59,424 nt of DNA from positions 1-59,424 of the IMG/VR virus record IMGVR_UViG_3300048772_000090; one strand, 5' to 3'. The stretch comes from a virus. Its lineage: Duplodnaviria; Caudoviricetes. Positions within the stretch are counted from its first letter, which is position 1; each line of letters starts with the position of its first letter. A program made the translations under genes and the position numbers. Under the pieces are notes generated by a model. It saw only the letters and a list, made by a program, of their open reading frames with translations. It made no database searches and was not told the origin of the DNA. Positions 10,706 to 20,978 of this stretch are shown one piece after another.

Positions 10706-11199
10706 TAGGACGTGACGGCGGCAATAAGCCTTCCAGAGTCTAGTATATCCCTCTGTGCGTCCTCTGGGATGAGATTCCATTCGTCCACAAATACTGGCTT
10801 GCCTTGCCCCCGCAGGAGATGCAGGTTGTTCGGGGTCAACATGAGAGGAGCAGTGACTCCTTCCGCGCTTACAGGCTTTCCTAGTAGCCTTGCAGCCACA
10901 ACATCTGATGGTCCGATCTTGTTGAACAGGAGCCAATGTTGGCGAATGATGCCACTCTGTATTTCATGGTTCAAACACACTACCGCGAACTGCCCGTTCT
11001 GATATTTCTCCTCCGCAAATTTCAGGAGTTCTCTCGTCTTTCCGCTCTTCCTTGGGGCTGTAATACAAATAGGCTCAGGAGCAATCGCCTTTATGGTCAC
11101 TTTCTCTTCGTCGTCCCATCCTGCATCCCTGCGGCTCTCTTGGCTTGAACGCAAGAGTCTCGCAATATCCTCTGCCGTAGATGCGGTTGCATAGATCAT
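10705..11199 (-). CDS. small P-loop NTPase-like protein (tandem paralog B)
   Basis: MIYATASTAEDIARLLRS; APRKSGKT; VFVDE. Confidence 0.65.
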   Translation of the reverse strand: MIYATASTAEDIARLLRSSQESRRDAGWDDEEKVTIKAIAPEPICITAPRKSGKTRELLKFAEEKYQNGQFAVVCLNHEIQSGIIRQHWLLFNKIGPSDVVAARLLGKPVSAEGVTAPLMLTPNNLHLLRGQGKPVFVDEWNLIPEDAQRDILDSGRLIAAVTS

Positions 11200-11564
11200 A
11201 GTCCTTCAACAATGACTTCCGTCCTTGGATTATTCCTGTCCCGTTGCTTGGTCATGTGCAACTCAATTACATGGGCATCGGTGCTGTGTTTCCCATTCTT
11301 GTCCAGCAGGACTCCATTGGTCGCCAATAAATCTAGGGTCTGTTTTGCATATCCGTCGATGTCCCCCTTCTTCTTCGCGCCTTGGTAGATATGAATAGTC
11401 ACAGAATACTCCTTCGCGCTCACGGCAAGTCCCCGACAAGCAATCGCACCGATCTGCTCGAAGGATATTGCCTCTGGTGTTTTGTAGTGTCGTCCTGCGC
11501 GTGTGTGGCGCACGTAATGATTAACTCCCATCGGCTCCATCGGAATAACAATCTTGATCGTCAT
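11196..11564 (-). CDS. RusA-like Holliday junction resolvase
   Basis: GVNHY N-terminus, GDIDGYAKQTLDLL...DAHV, C-terminal PRTEVIV. Confidence 0.75.
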   Translation of the reverse strand: MTIKIVIPMEPMGVNHYVRHTRAGRHYKTPEAISFEQIGAIACRGLAVSAKEYSVTIHIYQGAKKKGDIDGYAKQTLDLLATNGVLLDKNGKHSTDAHVIELHMTKQRDRNNPRTEVIVEGL

Positions 11565-12247
11565 TCTGGCCTCGCAAACTCCCCGTGATATTTCAATGCT
11601 GCTGGTCTCCATAACTCTTCATACGCCTCTTTTGCTGTTGCGCGAGTTCCAAGATATATCGTTTTTCCATTAACAGTAATCTCCGCCTGCCACCTCTCAG
11701 TTACACTCCGTTTATTTCTAGTAACGCCCGTATACCCACTGGTATTATTGCGAAACTTGCGGCGATTCCACATCTGTTCGAAACCATTTGCGAGTCTTAG
11801 ATTTGGCTCTCCATTTATAAACTCCCGATTATCTAAAGTATTATGGAAGGCGTGATCTACTGTTATTGGGTCTTCAGGGGTAAGTTCCAACACATCTCTA
11901 TGGAGAGAAATCAAACTTTGCTTAGACTTTTTACTTAAATCTTTTACCGTTCTGACGGCATAGAAACTTTGTGTTCCATCGCTCCATAGGGAGAAATATT
12001 TGAATTGAGACAATCTATCGTAATGTTTTGAATCTACGATAGCGTATTGTCCACGAGTCAAAGGTATATACTTTATCGTCGGGTCATCAGGTTGCTCTAT
12101 CTTCGGTCTTTTTGACTCTATCCTGCAACCAGAGCACTGCTTCGATGTTCTCCTCTTCGTCCCATTGCACGTAGGGCAGCAGTCGTGATTTTTGGGAGGT
12201 TTAGGACGATCCTCGAATGGTATCAGGTATGATATGTCTGGGGTCAT
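11561..12247 (-). CDS. HNH endonuclease with AP2 domain
   Basis: IPLTRGQYAIVD, VDHAFHNTLDNR, NNTSGYTGV...WQAEITVNGKTIYLG...HGEFAR. Confidence 0.85.
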   Translation of the reverse strand: MTPDISYLIPFEDRPKPPKNHDCCPTCNGTKRRTSKQCSGCRIESKRPKIEQPDDPTIKYIPLTRGQYAIVDSKHYDRLSQFKYFSLWSDGTQSFYAVRTVKDLSKKSKQSLISLHRDVLELTPEDPITVDHAFHNTLDNREFINGEPNLRLANGFEQMWNRRKFRNNTSGYTGVTRNKRSVTERWQAEITVNGKTIYLGTRATAKEAYEELWRPAALKYHGEFARPE

Positions 12248-12311
12248 AGTCGCTCTCCTTTAGCGATTAGGCTTGTCCGGGCGTTACAAGCGTCCTGACC
12301 CCACTATTCTA

Positions 12312-14210
12312 TCACAGTCTCGTAATAACGCCTTCCTCTATTTTGAAAAACGCGGAGTCGGGAAGGGATGGAACAGCCGTCGAAGTATCAGCAACCAATA
12401 AAATTATTTGATCCAAAATCCCATCCTTAACCATCTGGTAAAGGTGCTTATAAAGAGCAGGTCTTAGATCGGGCAGAAGTGTGTCAACTCGATCAATGAC
12501 GACGAAACCTATCCCCGCCGTCCTACTTACCGCACACTGAAACGCGGCGTAAAACATTAGCTCCTCGGCACCGGAAAGTTCAATCAGCGGAGTAGATGTT
12601 CCACGGTAGTCCGTAATCTCGAATTTGAACGGTTCGATAGACAGAGAGCAGGAGTAATTCCAAGAGGCCAGTACCTCGTTGCATTTAATTTCAAAGCCCC
12701 CGATATGCTCAGCAATCAGTTTTGCCTTTACTCCGTCTTTGTCGAAATACTTAACCAATTTATCCAATTTGGCAGCTTTGGCTTCCAGCTTAGCGAATTG
12801 CTCTTTCTTCGTTGCAATATCCTTCTCCCGCTCCTCAGCGGCAATCACGGGCTGAATCTGCTGAAGGATCGTCTCAATCTTACTGTCCGTCTCGGCTATC
12901 GTATTGTCGAAAGTAGAGGAGTCGAATAGTCCTCCCACATCCTTATCAGCCTCATCCTTTGCTAACTTCAGTTCCTTTTCCTGCTCCTCAATCTTTGCAG
13001 CAAACTCAGTCTTCTCCGCTAGTGCAGTATTGTGCTTCTCCAGCTTAGCAGCCGCTCCGTCTACATCTCCCAATGCTCCGAGAGACTGAGTTACCTTTAC
13101 GTACTCATTCGCAAGTCTATTTCGTTCGGAAACACTACTCGACATCAGTTGCGTCAACTTTGAATCGTCAATCTCCTGTTCGCATGTAGGACAAGTAGAG
13201 CCAAGACCGGAAATAGTGTTGATCCTGCTCGACTCTTTCTTAGCCGCTTCCTGTTCGCCAAGTAGTCTCTGTTGCTCGGCCAACAGCCGATCACGCTCCG
13301 CCTTATGACTAGCCACTTCCTGCACCGCGCTCGGATCAGGAAGAATGTTCGCTTCAAGTGTGCGAAGAGATTCCTTGTTCGCCTTGAGTACAGCCTCCAG
13401 CGTCTCAATCTTAGCCTTCGCCCTTGCCTGCTTCAATGCTCCTTCGTTCGATTTCTTAGAGGCCGCGTCTCGCTCCATAGATTGCTTCTGGCGGGCTTCC
13501 TTGAGGGATGATAGCTGAGTTTTCAGTGATTCGGAGTTCACGCCTTTGGGAGCCGGTAGAGCGTCAGGGACGATAAACTCCTTCACCTTCCTGTTCACGT
13601 CGGTACGCTCTGCAAATAGTTTCTTGTACGACAATTCTATGGCGAGGAATGGCTCCCCATCGAACTTGACGATTCCCTCGCCAAGAATGCTATCCACGTC
13701 TGCAATTGTGTCTTTGGGAAAGTCGTAGTGCGCTGGCAGAACTAGCTGTGCCAGAAGATTCTTTTGCGCCTTCTCATCGCCAGAATAGATCATGCTCATA
13801 AATTGGCGAGTGTTGATCGCTATTCCGAGAGCAGTCTTTTTATCGTCAAGGAGACGATCAAACTTTATCGCATTCCATGATGGGTCTGCGATGTCTTGGG
13901 ATGATGTAGTTCGCCCAGAGCTATTTACATTGAGAGTGCAAGTCCTGCGGATAGTCCTGTTTGCCCCCTGTAGATCGGCCTCGATAGTAGCCTTCGTTTC
14001 GCCACGCTTGATTTTTTTCTCGTACCCCGCTCCGCGAGCGTCTAGCCCCCATGTCGTCGGGGTAATTGTGAGCGACAGTGCCTCTGCCACTGAGGTTTTC
14101 CCATTCCTGTTAGCTCCCCGGACACAAATGAACTTGGACTCTATACCTAAGTCTAGTGTTGTGTCACTAATATTCCTAAAGTTCTTGATTTTGAGTCTGT
14201 TCAACCTCAT
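12312..14210 (-). CDS. SbcC/Rad50-like SMC ATPase
   Basis: IKNFRN, GANRNGKT Walker A, coiled coil with CPTC zinc hook, LSGAE signature, VVIDRVD. Confidence 0.85.
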   Translation of the reverse strand: MRLNRLKIKNFRNISDTTLDLGIESKFICVRGANRNGKTSVAEALSLTITPTTWGLDARGAGYEKKIKRGETKATIEADLQGANRTIRRTCTLNVNSSGRTTSSQDIADPSWNAIKFDRLLDDKKTALGIAINTRQFMSMIYSGDEKAQKNLLAQLVLPAHYDFPKDTIADVDSILGEGIVKFDGEPFLAIELSYKKLFAERTDVNRKVKEFIVPDALPAPKGVNSESLKTQLSSLKEARQKQSMERDAASKKSNEGALKQARAKAKIETLEAVLKANKESLRTLEANILPDPSAVQEVASHKAERDRLLAEQQRLLGEQEAAKKESSRINTISGLGSTCPTCEQEIDDSKLTQLMSSSVSERNRLANEYVKVTQSLGALGDVDGAAAKLEKHNTALAEKTEFAAKIEEQEKELKLAKDEADKDVGGLFDSSTFDNTIAETDSKIETILQQIQPVIAAEEREKDIATKKEQFAKLEAKAAKLDKLVKYFDKDGVKAKLIAEHIGGFEIKCNEVLASWNYSCSLSIEPFKFEITDYRGTSTPLIELSGAEELMFYAAFQCAVSRTAGIGFVVIDRVDTLLPDLRPALYKHLYQMVKDGILDQIILLVADTSTAVPSLPDSAFFKIEEGVITRL

Positions 14211-14785
14211 GCTATTTCCTCCGCTTTCTCTTCCAACTCAATCTTGTATTGCTCAGGAATAATCACTGCTACTTTCCCGGAAGTCCACGAGAGCGGCCCA
14301 GCAGCCTTGACTACCTCATTGAAAACACCCATTGCCTCGTAGATCGAATCGGGTAGCTCTCCGTCTTCATACAGTTCGTCACAGAAGTAATCATCATCCA
14401 GAAATCTACCATACACAGGCACCGCGAACACCAGTTGCAAGTCCTGCGGCTGCATCTGCATCTCTTCGCAATAGTCCATCAACTCGGAGTCGGAGAAGAA
14501 GAATTTATCATCGTCCCACTCCACAAGGTACTCAACTCCATCCCAAACCTTTGTTTCCAGTGTCTTGTATTTCTCCCAACGATCCTTAGCAAAGCATTTT
14601 TCGCACTTTACACGCGAACGCTCCACGACCTCGCCACAGTCGCATAGCTGATGGGTCGATCCAGAGTACCGCGCTGTGCGCTCATCGTCGCCAAACCAGC
14701 GGCCATCGGCTGACACCCATCCTGTAACCGTCTTGATTGACGCGGCTTCGTCCGACTCCCGCATGATGATCTTCTGCTCTTTCAT
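14207..14785 (-). CDS. conserved-looking phage hypothetical protein
   Basis: 192-aa ORF with GGAGG RBS and a CDC/CEKC pair. Confidence 0.75.
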   Translation of the reverse strand: MKEQKIIMRESDEAASIKTVTGWVSADGRWFGDDERTARYSGSTHQLCDCGEVVERSRVKCEKCFAKDRWEKYKTLETKVWDGVEYLVEWDDDKFFFSDSELMDYCEEMQMQPQDLQLVFAVPVYGRFLDDDYFCDELYEDGELPDSIYEAMGVFNEVVKAAGPLSWTSGKVAVIIPEQYKIELEEKAEEIA

Positions 14786-14798
14786 AACTACTCCTCCC

Positions 14799-15755
14799 CT
14801 AAAACATTCTGTCGATTATTTCGACTAGATAAGCAGCATTAACCTTCTCAGGGTCTTTCTCTTTCAACTTCTCGATCAACTGAAGGAAGTAAGCAGTGTC
14901 CACGCCGGTAAGTTGATCCTCAAGTACACTTATATCAGTGAGGTCAAGCTCGGAAATCTGCATCGCCATTTTCAGAATTTGACCAGCGTTTATCCTCCAT
15001 CCCCGAGCAATAAATTTACGAAGACGAACAACAGAACAGATTGGATACTTACTTCCAACATAGCGCAGTTCCTTAGCAAGAATCGACTCCATCGCTTCCG
15101 GTTTCAGGACAAGTTTCTCATCCCAACTCGTCCAGTAGGATGTGCAGTGGATGTAGTCGTAGTTGGCGTGAATATCATCTGGATCACCTTGAAAGCGGAG
15201 AACGATCTGCACTTTGTCGCTCAGAGTAATTGCATTGCTTGTAAGGAAGACTGGGCGATACGTTGGCTTACCATCTGTTGAGGTTTGAAGAGCAATCTGC
15301 TCCGTCTCTTCATGTGCATCCATGATTTGATCTTGCTGATCCATCACAGCGGAAACATACTCTTCTCCAACCTGCTCAGGACGTGATTCGAAATACTGGT
15401 ATGGTTTCACCGTTCCTTCTTCGCTGGCTATACCTGCGGACTTTGCCACAATCTTGACGCGCTTGGTCGCGGCGTCAGCGTCCACAAGCAGTGGAACAGG
15501 AACGCCACTCTTGACGCGAGGGGTAAACCGACCCACATAATACTCGGCTACAGCAACGGCGGTTTCGTAGTCGCGCAGGTAAACATCGAAATCGTTTACT
15601 GGCTCCCCTTGGAGCATAGAAGCGATGCATCCTCCAGTGACCACAACAGACTTCGCAACCTTAGAGCGTAAACTCTCATCCTCGATTGTCTCAACCCACT
15701 GATTCATCTTGCGACTGATAACAGATTTGATCGACTTCGCTTTCATTCCCGGCAT
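14799..15755 (-). CDS. nucleotidyltransferase-like protein (Pol beta / CCA-PAP head-like)
   Basis: VTGGCIASML...NDFDVY motif A-like and later NYDYIHC. Confidence 0.6.
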   Translation of the reverse strand: MPGMKAKSIKSVISRKMNQWVETIEDESLRSKVAKSVVVTGGCIASMLQGEPVNDFDVYLRDYETAVAVAEYYVGRFTPRVKSGVPVPLLVDADAATKRVKIVAKSAGIASEEGTVKPYQYFESRPEQVGEEYVSAVMDQQDQIMDAHEETEQIALQTSTDGKPTYRPVFLTSNAITLSDKVQIVLRFQGDPDDIHANYDYIHCTSYWTSWDEKLVLKPEAMESILAKELRYVGSKYPICSVVRLRKFIARGWRINAGQILKMAMQISELDLTDISVLEDQLTGVDTAYFLQLIEKLKEKDPEKVNAAYLVEIIDRMF

Positions 15756-15767
15756 AGTCCTTCTCCC

Positions 15768-17069
15768 TTAGAACTCTTCTTCCTCATCCTCATCTGTAAC
15801 CTCGTCTGGCAGCGTTTCCAGCGGTCTACTAACAGCAAGTTTTACCTTAGTCACCTTTTCAACGACATCATCACATGCAAGATCGAGCACCGCACGACGC
15901 TTTGTTTTCAGGTAACTCTTGATAGACGTAGATGAAATCTGTATCTTACCCAACCAAGCGGAATCCTCCGGTGCTGCATAGGCATAGTCGGACAGGAGAT
16001 CGACCACCGGCATTACAAGCCTATTCCCATCCGTCTCCACCCCATCTGCCGTTGCTTTGAATAGCGGGTACACTTCAGACTCGCTAGGAACCGGCCCATA
16101 AGTATACGCTTTCCCGTTGAAGTCGGTTAGACGAATATCCCTGCCCGTCTCCTGAACATGTTCCTTCATCGCCTTGTTATTTGCCTTACTGAACTGGATG
16201 TAGAATAGATTGAAATTCAACCGCTGCTCAGGAGTTAGCTGCATCGCTGGATTCCAAGCGGCTATTGGGCAGGTAGCATTCGCAAGCATAGGGCAATATA
16301 TACAGTGCCCGCCAGCCACAGCTTGCATTTCTTTGCCCGCGTCATAGTCCACATGAATAGAAATCTGACGTTCACGATTGGATTTTATAGCATCAATCAG
16401 CATAGGTAAGTCCTGCCGCGTGTAGGTCACGGAACGTGTTAAATTCTTATATCGGACAAAAGTAAGAGTGAAGGTTACGGTCTGCACCCAAGGAAAGTGA
16501 GCCAACACGAAGACAGTGTAGGTCTTCGCTTGCAATGTTGTCTCCGGCTCAAAAGGTCTTGGATGACTTTTGTAATCATTAATGGCTGCACGTAACTCCT
16601 CGCGGAATCCATACAGCGCGTCGAGAACTCCAGAGTAGTGCGCTGGCTTTCCTGAGTCGGTACAGATACCGTCAAGTGCTTCTACCACGTCGGTAGGTTG
16701 GAAGTTCTCATCCAGAGACATAGGAAGTTCGGTTGAAATTAAGTGTTGCCAATCACAGCTGAAAGATTCTCTCATTCCAGACAAAATCTTTGTGGCAACC
16801 GGCCCTGCACCTTTCGACAGATTATCGAAGGCTTGCAAGTCCATCGGAACTTTCTTCAGTGCGCAATAGGCTGTAATCGCAGCGGCTGTGCGGTGGACTT
16901 CGTTTCCTCGTGCCGACTCCATTCCCCCCGGCATCTTGTTGCCTTTGATGATAGACTCGATATAGAAAACCGGGCATGAAGTCGTAAATTCCGTGCTTTG
17001 ATGCCAGGGGGGAATAGGAGATGCAGTTATCTGGACTAACTCAGTTGGCTTGGCTTTCTTTGTGGTCAC
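15768..17069 (-). CDS. PD-(D/E)XK (RecB/Cas4-like) exonuclease
   Basis: RGNEVH, GVLDAL, INDYKS, QAKTY, CIYCP...CP; GTG start at 17069 after GAGGAG. Confidence 0.75.
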   Translation of the reverse strand: MTTKKAKPTELVQITASPIPPWHQSTEFTTSCPVFYIESIIKGNKMPGGMESARGNEVHRTAAAITAYCALKKVPMDLQAFDNLSKGAGPVATKILSGMRESFSCDWQHLISTELPMSLDENFQPTDVVEALDGICTDSGKPAHYSGVLDALYGFREELRAAINDYKSHPRPFEPETTLQAKTYTVFVLAHFPWVQTVTFTLTFVRYKNLTRSVTYTRQDLPMLIDAIKSNRERQISIHVDYDAGKEMQAVAGGHCIYCPMLANATCPIAAWNPAMQLTPEQRLNFNLFYIQFSKANNKAMKEHVQETGRDIRLTDFNGKAYTYGPVPSESEVYPLFKATADGVETDGNRLVMPVVDLLSDYAYAAPEDSAWLGKIQISSTSIKSYLKTKRRAVLDLACDDVVEKVTKVKLAVSRPLETLPDEVTDEDEEEEF

Positions 17070-17318
17070 GCGATCTCCTCTTTGTTGCATATCTTGCAGT
17101 GGCGTTGCTGCTTTGAAACCTCGATTGCGAGGGATTTCATCTTTTGAGGATAAAGTGTTCCATACCACGGCTCCCACTTTCCCCAGTCGTGGAGCCAGTG
17201 ATGCTTTTTGAGCCAAGTGGTGAGCCAAGTAATCATCGTTTTCCTCCACAGCACGTCTTACATGGGCATAAGCCCAGCAGGACTCTGATTTTCCTGCGAA
17301 TGGACAATATCTCTCGCG

Positions 17319-17636
17319 TCACGCTGGTACTCCTGTCGGTTGCGCTTCCTGTTGCGGTGCAGGTGGCTCTTTCATAAAAGGCTCGACTAACTCAAGTTGT
17401 AGGATGATGCTCTGAAGTTGCTGCTTGAGGCGTTCGACCTCGGCAAGACGGTTGGCGTTACGGTGAAGCTGGCTGATTCCCTCGACGACATTGAAAGTCG
17501 TGCCGATGTAGGGTTGCTGCTCCCATCGCTCATAGTAGCTGCTCCACTGGTAGAGAACTTTCCCTGCCAGCATGTTTACTTCCTGTGTGGATGCTTCGAT
17601 GATGACGTTATCCCGTCCGTGTCCAATGATCTTCAT
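17319..17636 (-). CDS. hypothetical protein
   Basis: GGAGG RBS, overlaps the upstream stop codon. Confidence 0.65.
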   Translation of the reverse strand: MKIIGHGRDNVIIEASTQEVNMLAGKVLYQWSSYYERWEQQPYIGTTFNVVEGISQLHRNANRLAEVERLKQQLQSIILQLELVEPFMKEPPAPQQEAQPTGVPA

Positions 17637-18016
17637 TTCTTTCCTCCCGTTAGTCTTTTTGCAACCTTGTCAGCCGTAGGATCGGGTTTCGCTTCATTCC
17701 AGAACGTACTCCCGTAAACTACTTTTCCGTTCTCAGAGTGAAATACAAGTTCGTCCCCACCGTCACAGACACGCACTTCAAGTTTATTCCCGATAGCCGC
17801 TTCTGCTAGTTCCTTCGCCTTTGCGAATGAGATTTCCTCATCTGGATACTTGGATTTACCCTCCCGAAACCACATCCCACCAGAATGAAAATGATCCTTT
17901 CCAAAGATATACAAACGCCACGGCCCTTTACCTGTCTCGGCGTACTGAAACTCTGTGATTTCGTGAACCACAGCGTCAGGAAATTTCTCGATGAGGTCTT
18001 GCATGTTCATTTTCAT
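17633..18016 (-). CDS. hypothetical protein
   Basis: GGAGG RBS, coupled. Confidence 0.65.
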   Translation of the reverse strand: MKMNMQDLIEKFPDAVVHEITEFQYAETGKGPWRLYIFGKDHFHSGGMWFREGKSKYPDEEISFAKAKELAEAAIGNKLEVRVCDGGDELVFHSENGKVVYGSTFWNEAKPDPTADKVAKRLTGGKK

Positions 18017-18169
18017 CCTCCCGGAACCGATTCATTGAAGCGATGGAATCAGGCAGTGGCAGTCCCTTCTTACGGAAGAACGCCACCGCCGTATCCATAG
18101 CTTCGTCGTAACTTAGTCCACGCTCTTTACGGAGCGTCCTAACCGCGTCTAGGAAGTTCATTGCTCTCC

Positions 18170-19402
18170 TCAGATGAGGTCAAAAGCCGATCCAGCCACC
18201 TGTGTAGCAGCGGCTCCCTCGTCCTGCGATGTATCTTCCTCATCCGCCCCGGTTGGGTCAATGTCGGCAGGAAGATTTCCAGTCAGCACAGCCTCAGCGG
18301 TAGGCGGAACGGATGCTTGCTGTACTACTTCCTGAACAACCTTCTTCGGACGACCACGACCACGCTTCACTCCCACAACAGGAGTAGAAGCCGCAGGAAT
18401 GGTTGTAGTCTGAGCAGGAGTAGGATCGTCCTGTTTCGCTACCTTCTCCGCCGCAGGAGTCGCTGTAGTAGCCTGTGTCGGAGTAGCTACTCGCTGTCCT
18501 TGAGTCTGTGGACGAAGTTGAGCAGTCAGGTACTCCAGAAGTTCTTTTGTCCTGCCCGCGTAGGAGTCCTTCAGCATCCGCTGCTGTGTAGCGTTCTTCC
18601 CCAACTGAGTTAGCAGCGCGTCAATTTCCTTGTCCAACGGAGAACCGAAGACTTGCTCAATCGTCTTGTCTCCACGCTTGATTTCCTGACAAAGCACTTT
18701 CAGTGTAACCAAGTGCTCAATCTCCAAATCCTTCACGCTTGGACATTCGACGGCATTCAGAGCCTGCAACTCAGTGACTCCCAGCTTATTCAGGTACTCC
18801 ATGCAATCAGCTACTCGCTGAGCGTGGCTTACAGCTTTTCCTACCGCCGTCAATTGCGCGGCTTCATAGGCTGGCGACCAGAGAGCTTGCGGTACTCCAC
18901 CCTTCAACACCGCATTCCTGCGGGCGATGGACATAGCAGCGTTCGAGGTCGTAACAATCATGTCGGCGTTGTAGCGGTTTCCGTTCTTGTCTGTTATCCG
19001 GCGAGGAACCTCAATCGAGTTCCGCAGGTTGCATTCGTAGTCGATGAATACTCCTTGTGCCGTCACTGTATCAGTCGCATCCCCTACCACACGAGAGGCT
19101 ACAGCGCAGTTCTTCCAGCACGGAGCCACAATCTCGGCAAAGCGAATGCTGGCACCGATGATCTGTTTTCCTGCTCGCGGAAGGCTGTAGAACATACTCA
19201 GGGCGACAGGCTGAGAATGGTTCGCGTAGGCCATGAGTTTGTCGTCAAAGTCCTTCAGCTTCCTACGGTTAGACGGCAGGTTTGCGGTAGAAACCATTGC
19301 AGCGTGTTCGCTCTGGTTAAGGATCGCTAGAGCGTTAGGAGTGATTTCAGATTGCTCACTACGGAAGTCTTCGGACTCAGGGGCTAGAATTTCTGCTTGC
19401 AT
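18170..19402 (-). CDS. hypothetical protein, possible recombination/ssDNA-annealing protein
   Basis: 410 aa with conserved-looking YSLPRAGKQIIGASIRFAE and an acidic tail; lies near the exonuclease; function inferred from context only. Confidence 0.5.
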   Translation of the reverse strand: MQAEILAPESEDFRSEQSEITPNALAILNQSEHAAMVSTANLPSNRRKLKDFDDKLMAYANHSQPVALSMFYSLPRAGKQIIGASIRFAEIVAPCWKNCAVASRVVGDATDTVTAQGVFIDYECNLRNSIEVPRRITDKNGNRYNADMIVTTSNAAMSIARRNAVLKGGVPQALWSPAYEAAQLTAVGKAVSHAQRVADCMEYLNKLGVTELQALNAVECPSVKDLEIEHLVTLKVLCQEIKRGDKTIEQVFGSPLDKEIDALLTQLGKNATQQRMLKDSYAGRTKELLEYLTAQLRPQTQGQRVATPTQATTATPAAEKVAKQDDPTPAQTTTIPAASTPVVGVKRGRGRPKKVVQEVVQQASVPPTAEAVLTGNLPADIDPTGADEEDTSQDEGAAATQVAGSAFDLI

Positions 19403-19878
19403 ATTGGCTCTTTTCTCCTGCGCGGGGCAGGGACTCGGTTACTTGGTTGGCTTGCGAAACTTCGGTTTGGTTTTAGCTTGGGTTATGATCTGCGGCTCCT
19501 GTGTGTTCGCCAGATGCTCAATTGCTTTAGCAAGAGCGAGTGTAGCCTTCACGTTTGACTCTTGGAAGATGAGCGATTTCTCTGCCATGTCAATGGTTCT
19601 CTGTGCGAGTTTCAGTTGTTGGTCAATCTGATTGTCGAGTTGATCGTCTGACATGCTCACTGTTCTACCTCCACATCCAGCGTTAGTCCAAGTTTCTTGG
19701 TTTCGGCAATAATTGCGTCCACAGCGTCTTCCATCTTTTCCAGAACGATGTCGCCGATCTTCATTTCCTGATCGCCGGTTATGGCTTTGTTGGACTTGAC
19801 TGTGATGGAACTCTTATCAATCAACATTTAATACTCCTTTTCTTCTGCTTGGCGCAGATGTTCCACGTGCCACAATAA

Positions 19879-20139
19879 CTACTTACACTTCGCTAAAGCT
19901 GACTTCGCCTGAGCGATTGTTCCCTCTACGTCGCATACTGTCCTTAGATGAAAATGTGACTCAAATCGACTGAGCGTTCGTTCCAGCGCATCTCGCATGG
20001 CGTTCCGTTCGCAGGAAAGGTCGGTAGCAGCCTCCAGCACTTCATCCCCAACCAGCTCGAAGTCGCCAAAATCTTGGCAGCGTTCGAGTAGATTTTGGTA
20101 TGCGATTTTGCGTTCCTGTTCCGTCCAGTTGGTCGTCAT
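19879..20139 (-). CDS. hypothetical protein, distant paralog of 5164 and 20641
   Basis: WTEQER...DLSCERN pattern. Confidence 0.55.
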   Translation of the reverse strand: MTTNWTEQERKIAYQNLLERCQDFGDFELVGDEVLEAATDLSCERNAMRDALERTLSRFESHFHLRTVCDVEGTIAQAKSALAKCK

Positions 20140-20257
20140 TGCTTTGCCTTCTCCCTCTTCCTCATCGCTTCCAACTGCTCCGCAATGCTAGGAAGTTCTG
20201 ATCCACGGCGGATTCTCCACAGTGAAGGTTGTTTGACCAGTTTGCGCAGTTCCCTTT

Positions 20258-20644
20258 TCATACTTCCTCCCACATGTGCGGATGGTTCGGATTGAAAGGG
20301 CGCACGATGATCTTCTCAACGGTGGTTCCCTTGAAACAGTCGGCAATCCGTCGCGATCCATCCGTGTTCCAAGAGTGGACAATCACAATGCGAGGGATAA
20401 AACCTTTTTCTATTGCCCATCGCGCACAGTCAGTTCCGGTCGGTGGTCGGTCAGGATTCATGTAGCCGCCGTCGCTGCCATAGTGCTCTTCTGAAAGGTC
20501 GTGATCGAAGCTAATACAATCTGGGGTTCCGTAGCGAATCAGCCACTCAACAAACTCTCTAGACGTGCGGACATACTCCACATCCTCCCCTCGCCTTAGC
20601 ATGGGAACCCGGCTCGGCATGTCGTCCAGAAACAAAATCTTCAC
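20258..20644 (-). CDS. cyclic-phosphate-processing receiver-like domain protein
   Basis: LFLDD, ISFDHDL, GTDCARW, VHSWN motifs. Confidence 0.75.
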   Translation of the reverse strand: MKILFLDDMPSRVPMLRRGEDVEYVRTSREFVEWLIRYGTPDCISFDHDLSEEHYGSDGGYMNPDRPPTGTDCARWAIEKGFIPRIVIVHSWNTDGSRRIADCFKGTTVEKIIVRPFNPNHPHMWEEV

Positions 20645-20928
20645 AGTTTCCCCTCGCAGGCGGCGATGGCCGCATCTACCTGTTCTGCCACTTCTGCAAT
20701 CTTCTGTGCTGCCGGAGATGCCCCTTGGTCAATAAACTCACACTCCCACAACCTCTTGTGATAACTCAGTACATAAACTTGTGCTTCCTTCAACGCCACG
20801 AGCAGCCGGTTCCGCTGGCAGGCAAGCTCAACTTCGAGTAGCGTAACAGGACGCTTGCCTCCCGTTTGGCACCCCCAGGCATACGACTCTGCGGCACTAC
20901 GTTCCTCTGGAGTCCATTTCTCGCTCAT
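20641..20928 (-). CDS. hypothetical protein, paralog of 5164..5460
   Basis: ELACQRNR and DAAIAAC; GGGAG RBS. Confidence 0.65.
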   Translation of the reverse strand: MSEKWTPEERSAAESYAWGCQTGGKRPVTLLEVELACQRNRLLVALKEAQVYVLSYHKRLWECEFIDQGASPAAQKIAEVAEQVDAAIAACEGKL

Positions 20929-20949
20929 TGAGTTCCTCCCGATTCACCA

Positions 20950-20978
20950 ACAATATTCCTGCGCAATGAATTTGTCAA
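20950..20978 (-). promoter_or_regulatory. sigma70-like promoter (TTGACA-17-TATTGT) heading the leftward recombination operon
   Basis: Located in the AT-rich divergent intergenic region. Confidence 0.6.
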
